A stretch of 64,000 nucleotides of DNA from Pelagomonas calceolata. Taxonomy: Eukaryota. The DNA lies in the NCBI GenBank assembly GCA_918797485.1, contig CAKKNE010000005.1, forward strand, positions 3,038,001-3,102,000. Reading direction: 5' to 3'. Shown one piece after another: positions 9,101 through 21,501 of the stretch (the first letter of the stretch is position 1; the number at the start of each line of letters is the position of its first letter). The notes under the pieces were generated by a model that worked only from the letters and a program-made list of their open reading frames with translations, was not told the DNA's origin and did no database searches. The position numbers were made by a program, and so were the translations under genes.

Positions 9101-12100
9101 AAAATCGGGCAGCGACGCCCGCACCAACTCCTCCTCCGAGGGCGCGTCCTTCCCAAAGTCCTCGACGCGGAGCGGCGACGTCGCCGTGTCCTTCTCCTCC
9201 AGCAAGGCCTTGGCGGCGTCCCGCTTGTCCGCGTAGTACCCGTACAACGCCGCCAGCGCGAAGAGCCCCGCCAGCGTCGCGACGAAGCTCAGCAGCACGA
9301 CGTTCTGCGCGAGCGTCCGGAACGTGATGGGCTCCATGAGCGCCTCCGTATAATAATCGACGGCGCTCTCCGAGAAGTCGCGGCCGCCCGCCGCGGCGAG
9401 CGGGCAGGCGCACGTGTGGGCGACGCGCGTCAGGTTGATCGTCCGGCAGCCGCGCGCCGTCCACTCGCCGAGCGCGAAGTTGTACCAGATGCAGCTCCCC
9501 GTCAGGTTGTCCCGCGGCTCCGTGAGGGGGAAGACCAGAATCGCCTCGAGGCCGTCGGCCTCGGGGTCGTACCGCGAGTCGCTGCGCTCGCCGTGGTCCG
9601 CGGCCGAGCCGCCGCCGCCCGAGCTCCGGCGCCGCGCGAGGCGCCTTCTTCCATTCGTCATGTTCGCGGCGTCCTCGACGCGGGCCCGGACGACGCGCGC
9701 GCCGAGGGGCGCCGACGCGTTGCGCCGCGGCGTCATGGCGAACGTCGCGAGCGCGACCGCGAAGTCGCCCGCGCCCTCGACCGTGAAGGTCGCCGCCGGC
9801 CCGAGACCGGCGTCCCAGCCCGGCTCGCAGGCCGTCGCGTTGGGCGGCGGCACGCACTCCCTCGGCGGGTCGCCCAGCAGCGCCGGCACGGGCTCCGCCC
9901 GTATTTCGCGCCGGCGCATGCCCGTGACGGCGAGGCCGGCCCCGCGGACCGCGTCGGCGGCCTGGCCCGGGACCTGGTCCTTCATCAGCGCCGCCGCCAC
10001 GTCGTCCGCGACGCCCACGACGACCTCGTCCGTCACGTTCGGGACCGTCGCGTCGCTCGGCAGCGTGGCCAGGAGCGACGACGCGGCGCCCACGAGCGCC
10101 CGGGGCGCGTCGAGCCGCCGCGCGTCGTTCGAGAGGCCCGCCGCCTCCATGTCGACGGCGACGGCCGCGACGAGCCCCAGCGCGTGGCGCGCGTCCTCCG
10201 GCGCGAGCGCGCTCCGCGCCAGCGCGTCGAGCGTCGTCGCCTGCTGGCGCACGTTCGCGTCGTCGACGGCCTGGAACCGGCGCACGTACTCCAGCTCGTC
10301 CAGCAGCCGCCTCCTATATGCGCTGACGTTGCGCGCTGCCTCCGTACTGAGCTCGCACGCGTCGCCGCCGAAGCCCGAGCTGTTCCCCTGCGCGCCCCGG
10401 CACGCGCACCGCCCGGGCGTGACGGCCCGGTCCCGCTCGTAGGTCTCGCGGCCGGCGCCGTCGAGGTAGACGCACGTGTCCAGGGCACCGGCGCCGCAGT
10501 GGACGCCGCCGCAGACGACCGGCCGGCAGCGCCTCACCGAAGACGCGTTCGTGGCGTTCGCGCCGGTCGTCGCGGCGATCTCGACGGTCTCGCAGCGCAA
10601 CGCCGCCGTCCCGTTGGCCCGCGAGGCGTTGCGCAGCAGCAGCTCGTTCGCGGCGGCGACGTTGAGCGTCGCGAAGGTCCGCTGCACGTTCGTCGTCGCG
10701 CGGGCCTCGGCGAGGCGCCGCTCCGTCGCGTTGCGCAGGGCCGGGGGGTCGTCCGTCGAGGGGGACACGTCCACGGCCGCCGACGCGCGCGTCGCGGCGC
10801 CGAAGGCGTCGCGGACGTCGACGTGGAGCGCGAGCGGCGCGCCCGCGGGCAGCTCCGTGCGGAAGCTGGGCGACGACGCGCCGCTCGTCAGCGGCGTGTC
10901 TTTCTGGTAGAAGTCGTAGGTCAGGGGCAGGTCGAGGTCGACCCACGACGTCGCGAAGAGGTCGAAGCGCGTCAGGAAGACGATTCCCGCGGCGGGCTCG
11001 GCCGTGAAGAGGCCCGACGTGGGCGCCGCGTTGCACGCGACGACGACGTCGGCGAAGCTCGCGGACGGGCCCAGCTGCGCCGCGAGGCGGAAGTTGTAGG
11101 TCGAGCCCGGCACGAGGCCGCCCGTCGCGCCGAAGACGAGCGCGAGCGCGCCCCGCGCGCCCGCGGCGACGGCCGCGGCCGTGGGCGCGAGGGCCCGCGC
11201 GAAGATGTCGTCGGACGCGCCCTCGCGGCCCCACGCGAGCGAGTAGTTGGACGCCGCGGCCGCGGACGACGCGGGCACGACGACCCTCGACGTGCAGTCG
11301 ACGCGGCCGGCCGGCGCCTCGATCGTCACCGCGGGCCCCGACTCCGGCTCGGCGATGCCGTAGAGCGTCGTCTCGTACTCCGCCGACCGCGCGGACGCGT
11401 CGTTCGTGGAGGCCCGGACCTCGTACGTGACCACGGCGCCGACGGCCGGCGCCTCCGCGGCCAGGGTCGCGCCGGCGCCGACGGGCAGGCCGTCCCGCTT
11501 CCACACGAAGGTCAGCTCGGACCCGTCCGGGTCGTAGGACCGCGACGCGTCCAGCACGACCGTCGAGCCCGCCGCGGCCGACCGGCCGCCGCCGTCGACG
11601 ACGGCGACGACCTCCGACGCCACGACCTCCATTCTCGTGCGCGCCGTGTTCGTGGCGAAGCGCGTGTCCGTGACCGTGACCACGATCTCGTACACGCCGC
11701 CCGCGTCGAGGGCGTAGGGCGCGAGCTCGAAGTACCGCGGGTCGAGCGACGCGCTCCAGACGGGCGTCCCGACGACGTACCAGTCGTACTCGAGCTCGAC
11801 GCGCGCGCCGTCGCACCGCTCCGCCTCGGCGTAGGCGAAGACCCGGAGCGCCTGCCAGCGGAACATCGTGCGGTCGTAGCCGGCCTCGATGTACACGTTG
11901 GGCACCGCGAGCTGCGTCGGCTCGATGCGGATCAATTTCCACTTGCTGGACCCGAGCCAGTTCGTGGCGGTCACGCGCACGTTGAACGGGTCGATGTACT
12001 GGTCCTCGATCTCGACGTCGGGGTCGAGGTTCCACTCGGGCCGGTTCGAGAGCGGGTAGCGCAGGATGATCTCCGTCGAGTCCACCTGGGTGGCGGCGTC

Positions 12101-15100
12101 GTCGTCGACGTTCCACTCGAAGCTCAGGGCGCGGCCGCCGCCGCCCGTCGACGCGGCCGCGTCCACCACCAGGTCGCCCGCGCAGTAGCTTACCACGAGC
12201 GGCGACGCGGGCAGCGCCAGCACGACTTCCACCGGGTTACCCGGCGGCTGGACGCTCGCCACGGCCGTCGCACCGGGCTGCCCGTCCTCGTTCCGCGTGA
12301 TGTCGCAGTCCCGCACGTCCCGCGGCCGCACGACGTGCTCCCTCAGTTGCGCGCGCGTGTTCGGCTCGAGCAGGGACGCCTCCCCGAGGAGCGTCATCAC
12401 GAACTCGTTGTCCGCGGTGAACTGGCAGCTCTCGCCCGCGTTTTGGGTGGCGCCGTTCGTGTCCTCTAATACGACGACGTCCTCGCACAGAAACGCGGCG
12501 TCGTCGTGGCCCGCGCGGTCGCTGGCGTCCGAGAGCCGGAACGTGACGGTCGCGCCCGTGTCGTCGAGGCGCGCCCCGTAGATGGTATATTCGAGGGAGA
12601 TCGTGGCGCAGACCGTCGTCGGCGCCGCCGTCGTCGGCACGGCCGTCGTCGGCCCCGGGGTGGGTGCCGGGGTGGGTGCCGGGGTGGGTCCCGAAGTGGG
12701 TGCCGGAGTCGGATCGGGGACCGGCACTTGGGTCGGAGCTCCCGCTTCGTACACGCTCGCCTTGAATGGCCACGATCCGGGTTGCCCGTCGTTGCCCCGC
12801 GGGATGTCGCAGTCCCGCACGTCGAGCGGCCGCAGGACGTGCTCCCTCAGGTACGCGCGCGTGCCCGACCGGACCACGGAACTGGACGGCGACGTCCCCA
12901 TAATGACCGTCATCACGAACACGTCGTCCGCGGTGAACTCGCAGCTCTCGCCGTTGTTGTGGCTGATGGTGTCGTCGTGCTCGTCGTGTAATACGACGAC
13001 TTCATCGCAGTCAAACACCTGATTTAAATTGTAGCCCGCGCGGTCGCTGGGTTCCGTGAGCCGGAACGTGACGGTCTCGCCCGTGTTGACGAGGAACGCC
13101 CCCTCGATCGAGTCCATGAGGGAGATCGTGGCGCAGTCCGTCGTCGGTTCCGACGACGGCGCGGCGGTCGGCGTCGTCGTCGGCAGGGGCGTCGGCTCCG
13201 ACGAAGGCACGCTCGTCGGCGCCGACGACGGCACGGACGTCGGTGCCTCCGTCGGCGCGCTCGTCGGCACGTAGGTCGGCTTGCCCCAGATGTCGCAGTC
13301 GTTCACGTACCACGTCACGGGGAACGATGGCGACTCCGCGCCCTCATTTGCCGCGAGCACGTCCACGTCGCCGTCGCCGTCCATGTCGACGGCGTAGATC
13401 GAATTGACGCTTGTATCCGTCCCCTCCACATCCTCGATCACGCGCTCCGTGAAACCGGGCGCCGCCGTCGAGTTCTCGTACCACGCGACGGTGTCCGCGT
13501 AGCCCGCGAGCAGGTCGACGTCGCCGTCGCCGTCGACGTCCGCCGCGAAGACGGCGTACGCGGCGGCGGCCTTGATCTCGGTTTCGTCGAAGCCGGGAGG
13601 ATCCTGTCCGTTATTCCGGTACCACCATGCCTTGTCGCCGCCCGCGAGCACGTCCACGTCGCCGTCGCCGTCGACGTCGAGGGCGTAGACGGCGGTCGCG
13701 CCGTTTGCCGCGCTGGATATCACGTTTTCGGCCTCCCAGGAGCCAATCACGCACCGCACCGGCACCGGGCTGGGCGTCGGGCTTAGCGCCGGGCGCGGCG
13801 GGCAAGCGCTGCTCTGGATGACGCCGCACAACGGCCACTCGCACCAGGTGTTGTCGAAGGCTTGGTTCAGGTCCACGCTCGTGTCAACGCACCAGCTGAG
13901 GTCCTGCTTGAACGACGTGGCGCTGACGAACATATATACCATTGAAGTGACCTTGTCGACGTTCCAGCCGCCGAGGTCCTGGTTGAACGCCGAGGACTGG
14001 CCGAACATCTCCCGCATATTCGTGACCTGGCCGACGTCCCAGCCGTTAATGTTCTGGTTGAAATTCAATGTGAGGTAGAACATGGCGCCCATATCCGTGA
14101 CCTTCTCGACGTTCCAGCCGCCGATATTCTGATTGAACTCCGAGGAGTGGAACATCCAGCTCATGCTCGTGACGCCGGAGGTGTCCCACGCGCTGATGTC
14201 CTCGTTGAAGGACGCCGCGGCCGTGCAATTGTCCGGGGGACCAGCACATGGACATGAAGAACTTGCGCAAAACAACTCCTCCATGTTCGTCACCCCCGAC
14301 GTGTTCCAGATAGAAATGTGGCCGTATGTCGACTCGGCAGCAGTCGGGTCGTCAAACCAAGCAAGGACGGCATCTTCAATCGTGCTGTCATCCATCACGC
14401 AGACACCTTGTACGACGCCGCACGACGGCGACGCGCATGAGTTACTAGGAGCTGATGAATCCCCATCCGCGGTGCCGTCGAATGCATTTTCTTGGTCGAC
14501 GGCGCCGTTTAAGCACCAGCCGAGGTCCTGGTTGAAGGCCAAAACCGGAGCGTCGAACCTATCGAACATGTATCCCACGTCCTCGAGGCTGTCAATCCGC
14601 CAGTCGCTGATGTCTTGGTTGAACGATGAGGCTGCGTAGAACATCGCGCGCATACTCGTGACCTTGTCGACCCGCCAGTCACCGATCGGCCGGTTGAACG
14701 CCGAGGCGCGTTCGAACATCCGGTTCATAGCCGTGACCCCGGAGGTGTCCCACGCGCTGATGTCCTCGTTGAAGGACGCCGCGGCCGTGCACACGTCCGG
14801 GGGACCAGCACATGGACAATCACTTTGTGCGCAAAACAACTCCTCCATGTCCGTCACCTCCGACGTGTCCCACGTAGAAATGTGGCCGTACGTCACCTCG
14901 GCAGCAGCCTGGTTGGTGAGCCAAGCAGTTACGGCCGTTCTAATCGTGGTGTTGTCCAGCTTATTCTTGCAGACGCTTCGGTACCAGGCGACCTTGTCGC
15001 CGGTGCTGGCGCTGGACGCCGAGATCACGTCGATTCGGCCGTCGCCGTCCACGTCGGCCGCGTAGACGGCCGGAGCAGTGTCGGAAGCACAGGCCGCGAC

Positions 15101-18100
15101 GGTCTCAATGTCGCGCTTCGTGAAGAACGACGCGTCTTGCTCGTACCAGGCGACCGTGTCGTCGTCGCAGGACGCCGAGAGCAGGTCCACGTCGCCGTCG
15201 TCGTCGAGGTCGACCGCGTAGACGGAGCGGGCGGCGGGCGCCGCCGCCGTGATCTGCCGCCGGCGAAAGTGGGTCCCGTTGCCGGCGAACCAGTTGTGCT
15301 TGTACCAGTAGACGGCGCCCGGAGTAGACGACGCCGCGACGACGTCGACGTCGCCGTCCGCGTCGACGTCGACGGCGTAGACCGCGTCGAATTCGGCGTC
15401 GTCGTCGAGGTCCGCGTCGAGCTCGTGATCATGAAAAGTGTCATCATGTTCGAAATCGAGCTCGAACCAGTCCAGCACGTAGTTGCTGCTGGAGCCGCTG
15501 TTGTGCCCCGCCACGAGCGCGTCCATGTCGCCGTCCGCGTCGAGGTCCGCGGCGAAGACGCAACGCGGCTTGTTATTGGTGTAGTCAGGCTGGACCTCCC
15601 GTGCCGTGAATGCCACCTCCTGGCACCGCTCCGTCGGCCGCGGCGTCGGCGCCGGCACGGGGTTGAAGGATGCTCTTGTCGGCGGCGAGGTGACGCAGTC
15701 GCTCCCGTACCAGGCGACGCCATTATCATTCCAAAAGGCCGCTACGACGTCGATGGCGCCGTCGTTGTCGAGGTCGGCCGCGGTGACGTCCATGGGTTTG
15801 CCCCGCTCGAAGCCGCTCGCGGCGCGGCCCCCTCCGCACTCGCAGCACAGAGAACCCGCCGTGAAGTACGCGTTGTCGTAGGACCCGCAATATACGGAGT
15901 TACTGGGTACGAGGTACCACGAACAGCTGTTCCCTTGGTCGTCTTTTGTTTTTGGTTCCTTGTCCTCGCACGTGGTCATGTCCCTCGCGACAATGAGGTG
16001 CTGCGCGAAGTCCACGCGCGGCGTGTAGCCGACCCGACCGAGGTTCTCGTACCACGCGACCGTGTTGTCTTTCCTCGAGGTTGCCAGCACGTCCACGTCG
16101 CCGTCGCCGTCCAGGTCCCGGGCTTCGACGGAAAAGGCGCCATCCGCCGACGCCGTGACGACGTGCGCCTCGAAGGTCACCTCCGAGGTAGTCTCCCGGC
16201 CCCAATTGTGTTCTTCTCGGTTCTCGTACCACGAGACCGTGTCCGCTTGATAGGACGCGTCCAGGACGTCCACGTCGCCATCGCCGTCGAGGTCGAGCGC
16301 GAGGACGTCTTGCCGGCCATCGTCCGTCTTCCATAGAATCACTCTAGTCTCGAAGGCCGGGGTCGCGGCGCCGTCGTTTCTGTACCACGCGATGTCGAAT
16401 TCTCTTGCGTCGGCCTCGCCGCCCGACAGGACATCCATGTGGGCGTCGCCGTCGACGTCCGCAGCGTAGACGGCGATGGCATTAACATCATCGCGCGAGC
16501 CCTCGCCGTTGTGCACCTCCTGCCTATCAAAGGAATTGCCAGTGTTCCGGTACCAATACTGCCTGCAATCGCCCCGTTCGGCCGAGAGGATGTCGACCGC
16601 GCCGTCGCCGTCGACGTCGGTCGCGTAGACGGCGGCGGCGCTTTTTTTGTCCTGGCCCGGGACGACTTCATGTCTGCTAAATGTCTCGTCCCCGTCGTTC
16701 TCGTACCAGTAAATTTTATGTCCGAGGAAGTCCGCCGCGAGGACATCGATGTCGCCGTCGGCGTCCAAATCGGTCGCGTAGGCGGCGCGCGTGGTGCCCG
16801 AGCTTCCAGGCGCCCAGGAGGTCTCCCCGAGCGACGCGTCGATGAGCGAATCCACAAAGCCCGGAGTCGTCGCGCCGTTGTTCTTGTACCACTTGACCCC
16901 GTCTACTGTGGCGTCCGTTTCGTCCCGTGCTGCCACGAGCAGGTCCATGTGGCCGTCCTTGTTGATGTCGACGACCTGCGTGCAAATCAACCGGTGCCGC
17001 GCCGTCGAGCAGATGGGCGTGGAAGGCGCCGCGCGACTTTGATTTTCGCACCGTCGACCACGTGGACGTTCACGTAGTCCCCCGATGCCACGACGTGCTC
17101 CGTCGAGAAGGCCACGCCGGCGGAGCACCTGACGGAGGGCCGCGGCGTCGGCGCCGGCGTCGGGATCGGGGCGGGTATGGGCGTCGGCGGCACCGTCGGC
17201 ACCGAGGACGGGAGCGTCGTCGGGACGCCCGTCGGCAGGGCCGTGGGCGGCACCGTCGGGCGCCCCGTGGGCTCCGACGTCGGCGCGCCCGTCGGCACGG
17301 CCGTGGGCGGCACCGTCGGCACCGGGGACGGGGGCGTCGTCGGCGCGCTCGTCGGTAGGGACGAGGGCGGCACCGTCGGCACCGAGGACGGGAGCGTCGT
17401 CGGGACGCCCGTCGGCAGGGCCGTGGGCGGCACCGTCGGGCGCCCGGTGGGCTCCGGAATCGGCACGGCCGACGGATATGATGTAGGGATCCCGGTCGGC
17501 ACCGACGTCGGGACGTCGGCCGTGGGCGCGGGCGTCGGCTCCGCCGCGCAGTCGTTTTGGTAGTAGTCGAGCCAGGTGTTCTCGTAGGAAATGATAACCG
17601 CGTCGACGTCGCCGTCGTCGTCGACGTCGGCGATGTCGACGTAGTACTCGGGCGAGGAGGAGGTCCCCAAATCACCGAGCTGGTGTTTCTCGAAGGTGCG
17701 CTGGCCCGTAGCAAGGTTCTCCAGCCAGACGAGCTTCTGCTTCCTACCGCCCGCGGCCAGACTCGCGCCGGCGAAGAGCACGTCTTTGTCGCCGTCGCCG
17801 TTGAAGTCGGCGGCCCGCACCGAGCAGGCCCCCTTCGCGTTGTTATTCGTGATGTCGCCATCGTTATTGTATTCCGACTGGGTGAGTAAGACCTCTTCGC
17901 TCGTGCCGTCGGGCGGGGGCTTGTACCAGAATTCGTGGCCGTCGTTCTCGTACAGCGCCACGAAACCGTCCGTGTTCGAGGCCGCGAGCAGCTCCAGGTG
18001 GTCGTCGCCGTAACCTAACTTGGTCGCATACACGTACCTGAGATCGGTCAGCGTCGTCGTGACCGTCCTCTCCTCGAAGTCCTGGGACCCGTCGTTCTGG

Positions 18101-18870
18101 TAGAACGTGATGCCGCTCTTGGCCGCCACGAGCACGTCCACGTCGCTGTCGCCGTCGACGTCGACGGCAAAGACGGACTGGGGTTTATGCATGCTGCCTT
18201 CTTGGAGTTCTTGGTACGTGGCCGTCTGCGTGTTGGCTGGGAAGGGTTGCATGCACGGTAATGAGGAGCAGTCGTTCATGAAAAGCAACACATTGTGGGT
18301 GCCTTCGGCCACCACCGCCACGTCAACGTAATTGTCGCCGTCGATGTCGACCCCGTGCGCCATTTTTGGGTCAAAACACCAGATCCCGGCTGAAGCTGCG
18401 TTTTGATCGGAGATGGTGTGCAGGAGGGCGCCGTCGTCGTAGGGGACGCCCCCTGCCGCTTCATCGTTCTCGTACCATTGGAGAAAGCTACTGGTGCCTG
18501 TACCGTACGACAGCAGGAGGTCCACGTCGCCGTCGCCGTCGATGTCCGCCGCCTGGACCCCGCTCGGCGAGGTGATCGCGGACGTGGTCACGACGTCACG
18601 GGCCGCAAACGAAATGTTGCCATTTGTACCGTTGAAGAGTTTGTTCTTGTACCACTTGAACTTGTTATCGCCCTGAATGGCCGCGGCGATGTCGATGTCG
18701 CCGTCGCCGTTTAGGTCCGCCGCGAGAACCGCTTTGCCATTCGAGACCGCATCATCGATCCTATGCTTCCTAAATTTTACCTCGGGTTGGGCCGGATCGC
18801 ACTGCTTGGTCTGCCCCGCGACGCGCGCGGCCAGGCAGGCCAGGGCTGCGAGGGCAGCCCTCACAATCAT
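6170..18870 (-). CDS. Giant (~4204 aa) surface/membrane protein: signal peptide, FG-GAP/VCBS repeats, PT stalks, 2x DUF285/BspA-like blocks, REJ-like region, EGF-like and GPS-like motifs, multiple TM helices. Exons 18870-17062 and 16975-6170.
   Basis: Removing intron 16976-17061 joins ORFs 16987..18870 and 6170..17128 in frame (NVH|VVDINKDGHMD restores an FG-GAP repeat). Many DxDGDGDxD motifs; WDTSGVTxMxxMFxxASxFNQxIxxW repeats; VLDASRSYDPDG; CIWYNFALGEWTARGC...TCAC followed by hydrophobic helices. Confidence 0.85.
16976..17053 (-). mobile_element. Introner (short TIR element), intron 17061-16976, GT-AG
   Basis: Minus strand: TSD GTGGTCGA | CGGTGCGAAAATCAA...TTGATTTGCACGCAG | TSD GTCGTCGA; splicing restores the frame. 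Confidence 0.85.
17140..17545 (-). repeat. PT-rich coding tandem repeat (PTxx units with a duplicated higher-order block)
   Basis: PTGRPTVPPTALPTGVPTTLPSSVPTVPP occurs twice, near-identical at DNA level. Confidence 0.8.
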
Positions 18871-19259
18871 CGCGGCGCGCGCAGCTTAATAGGGTTCATC
18901 GCATGGGTGCCGTTTCGGGGCGGCCGGCAGCCCGGCGGTGGCTTCGGTCGCTTTCCCCCGCCGTCGGAGGCCCTTGCGCTGCTCACTGGCCGCTGCCGCA
19001 AAACCACTTATTCTGTTTTTTGTGGAAGCACGCCGCCGCGGAGCCATGCGTCGGGCGTCGGGACGCGGTGCCGGGAGAGCGGTGGGTATACTTTTGTTTT
19101 CCAGACGCGCTAAGGTGACAAAACGGGTTTTCCGGACCAACAAACTGAGATAACATGAGATAAAACATGAGCTACCAAGGAATCATAGCTAGTTACCTCT
19201 TTTGATTATTGCTCAGCGCATTGGCTACCTTGCTGCACGAGCATGTCTCCGCATCAATA

Positions 19260-20999
19260 ATGGTCTTCAAGTTCGAGTCGCGCGCCGAGGCGACGGCGCT
19301 GCTCAGGCGCCGCTCTCGGGACGCGGCAGTTGCATTGCTGAATAAAGAGTTTACTGCGCAGCGCTGGACGCTGCGCAAAGAGCTCAAGCTGTCGGTGCGG
19401 CCGCTGGTAACCCTGCGCTACTTCCGCAGGGCCGTGGGAGCGGTGCGCGCGCCGGCGCCCGGCGCGCGCGAGCTGTGCGCGGGCGGCGCGGTCCTGGTCG
19501 TCGCGTACGCGGTCGCGCTCGTGGCGCGCGGCGCCGTCGGCGCGCGAGCGGCCGGGCACGCGGCGCGCGCGTTGGCCGCGGCGAGCTACTGTTTGTGGTG
19601 GTTCCTCTGCGGCGTGCTCTCCTGTGTGGAAATCAAAATTTTACGGCGCGTTCTGCTGAATCGTCGCGTCCTGCTGAATCGTCGCGTCGTCCTCCACGCC
19701 ATCGACGCGACGCCTGCTCGACGGCGTGGCGGTGTGAATTCCTCACCGCTCGATCGAGCCAGGACGGCCGCGTCATCGCCGAGAAATGACTTAGTGAAGA
19801 ATTGTCGGGTGCACCCGACACACTGGTTGATTTCCACACAGGTCCTCTCCACCGCGGGCCTGGGCACGGGCATGCAGACGGGCGCGCTGTTCCTGTTCCC
19901 CCACTGCGCGCGCCTCGCCACGGACTGGCGCAACCTCGGGCCTGCGTCAGCGACGACGCGCGCCCTCGCGGACCGTTGGCTCGCGAAGGGGGCGCCGGCC
20001 AAGGACGCGGGACGCCCCGCGGGCGGCGACGCGGGCCCGGGCGCGAGCGAGGCGCCGGCGGCCCGCGCGGCGCCCGCTTCCTCGTTCCTGGGGGGCTTGA
20101 GGCGCGGCGCCGGCGGCGTTTCCCTGGGCGCCGCGCGCGGCGGCGAGGCCGACGCCGCGCGCGCCGCCGCCTCGTTCCGCGCGCGGTCGCGCGACGGCCG
20201 CGCGGCGCTGGCCCTGCGAGCGGCGGTGCCCGGGTTCTTCTCCGGTGCGGGCTCGGCGGTGGGCGAGCTCGTCCCCTTCTTCCTCGCCCGCGCCGCGAGG
20301 CGCGCCGGCGCCGACCCCTTCGCCGTGATCGAGGAGGAAGAGGCGGCGGCGGACGACGGGGCGCCGGCGCGGCGGCCGCGGCTCCCGCTGCTGGCCGCGC
20401 GGACGCGCGCACGCCTGTGTGGAAATCAAATTTACGGCGCGTTCGTTCGCGTCGACCTCCACGCCATCGACGCGACGCCACCTCGATGGCGTGGCGATGT
20501 CGGTTCCTCACCGCTCGACGGAGCCAGCGCGGCCGCGTCATCGCCGAGAAATGACTTAGTGAAGAATTATCGGGTGCACCCGACACTGGTTGATTTCCAC
20601 ACAGGTGATCGCCTCGAGGCGGCGCTCGCGGACGGCGCGTTCTGGAAGATCTTCGTCCTCGCGGCCCTGCCGAACCCGTTCTTTGATTTGTGCGGCCTCG
20701 TGTGCGGCTCGCTCGACGTGTCGCTCGGGACTTATTTCGGCGCATGTTTCGCCGCCAAGGCGCTCGTCCGGACGCCGCTCCAGACGTGCGCCGTCGCGCT
20801 CGCCGTGCACCGCGTCGGCGGCGCGCCGGCGCCGCCGCGGGCCCTCGCCCGCGTCGCGCGCGGCGCCTTCCTGGCGCTGTCGTCGCTCCTGTTCGCGTGC
20901 TTCCTCGTGAGCGCGCTCGAGCAGATGGCGCAGCAGCGCGCCATAGCCGAGCTCCGGGCGGACTACGACAGCATCCTCCTCGCTGGCGAGGACGCGTAG
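19260..20999 (+). CDS. VMP1: Vacuole membrane protein 1 (VMP1/TMEM49 family), interrupted by two introners
   Basis: After splicing: WWFLCG|VLSTAGLGTGMQTGALFLFPH, GAGSAVGELVPFFLARAARRAG and LAALPNPFFDLCGLVCG, matching VMP1 family motifs. Start codon uncertain. Confidence 0.8.
   Translation: MVFKFESRAEATALLRRRSRDAAVALLNKEFTAQRWTLRKELKLSVRPLVTLRYFRRAVGAVRAPAPGARELCAGGAVLVVAYAVALVARGAVGARAAGHAARALAAASYCLWWFLCGVLSCVEIKILRRVLLNRRVLLNRRVVLHAIDATPARRRGGVNSSPLDRARTAASSPRNDLVKNCRVHPTHWLISTQVLSTAGLGTGMQTGALFLFPHCARLATDWRNLGPASATTRALADRWLAKGAPAKDAGRPAGGDAGPGASEAPAARAAPASSFLGGLRRGAGGVSLGAARGGEADAARAAASFRARSRDGRAALALRAAVPGFFSGAGSAVGELVPFFLARAARRAGADPFAVIEEEEAAADDGAPARRPRLPLLAARTRARLCGNQIYGAFVRVDLHAIDATPPRWRGDVGSSPLDGASAAASSPRNDLVKNYRVHPTLVDFHTGDRLEAALADGAFWKIFVLAALPNPFFDLCGLVCGSLDVSLGTYFGACFAAKALVRTPLQTCAVALAVHRVGGAPAPPRALARVARGAFLALSSLLFACFLVSALEQMAQQRAIAELRADYDSILLAGEDA
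19622..19841 (+). mobile_element. Introner, 220 bp, perfect 15-bp TIRs; intron 19614-19841, GT-AG
   Basis: TSD GTGCTCTC | CTGTGTGGAAATCAA...TTGATTTCCACACAG | TSD GTCCTCTC; internal 18-bp tandem duplication near 19653-19688. Confidence 0.92.
20415..20604 (+). mobile_element. Introner, 190 bp, same family; probable intron 20407-20604, GC-AG
   Basis: Same TIRs CTGTGTGGAAATCAA/TTGATTTCCACACAG; body similar to 19622-19841; degenerate TSD GCGCACGC/GTGATCGC. Confidence 0.85.
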
Positions 21000-21220
21000 T
21001 GTTCTACTCTAACGGTTTGTTGTGAAGTCAATCTAGCGTTCGGGGGTTCTTCGGAGCTTCATATCCCGGGATACGTCCGGACGACAGTGCATTGGTGGGC
21101 ATTGTCTTCCCTAAAAGTATTTTTGGTCATGTTCTATTAATCAAAACGGGTAAAGGCTTAGCATGGTATGCCTGGCGATGCGTCAGTTCGGCGTTGTGTA
21201 GTTATGTGTGCTCCGAGCAA

Positions 21221-21240
21221 GCGGTGTAAGACACTAGCGC
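21221..21240 (+). promoter_or_regulatory. Recurrent upstream motif, copy 3
   Basis: GCGGTGTAAGACACTAGCGC, about 260 bp upstream of the CAND1 ATG. Confidence 0.55.
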
Positions 21241-21501
21241 GAGGCCGACGACTCTCGCGCCTCCTCTGGATATCGACGCGCCTCGGTGCGACGTCCAGGG
21301 CAACAGCAGCGAGCGTTCTCCGCTGCGCGGTCGGCAACAGCAGCGTTCTCGCTGCACGACTGACGGCGCCCGGATCCGGTGACCCGGGGCCAGCGAAGGC
21401 GCGCAGCGTGACCCGAGAGCCGCAAGGCGCGCGCAGCCGCGAAGGCGCGCAGCGTGGCCCGAGAGAGCCAGCGACGCGCACGCCAGCGACCAATAATAAA
21501 A

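Noticed and set aside
8933..12469. 1178-aa plus-strand ORF and many similar long antisense or alternate-frame ORFs
   Set aside because: Shadow ORFs of GC-rich real genes; Arg/Gly-rich with no recognisable motifs
13830..14960. Bacterial contamination suggested by DUF285/VCBS repeats
   Set aside because: In frame within a spliced eukaryotic-type gene flanked by BUD13 and VMP1
16987..17128. Programmed frameshift or sequencing error between the two giant ORFs
   Set aside because: Fully explained by an 86-nt TIR/TSD-bounded GT-AG intron
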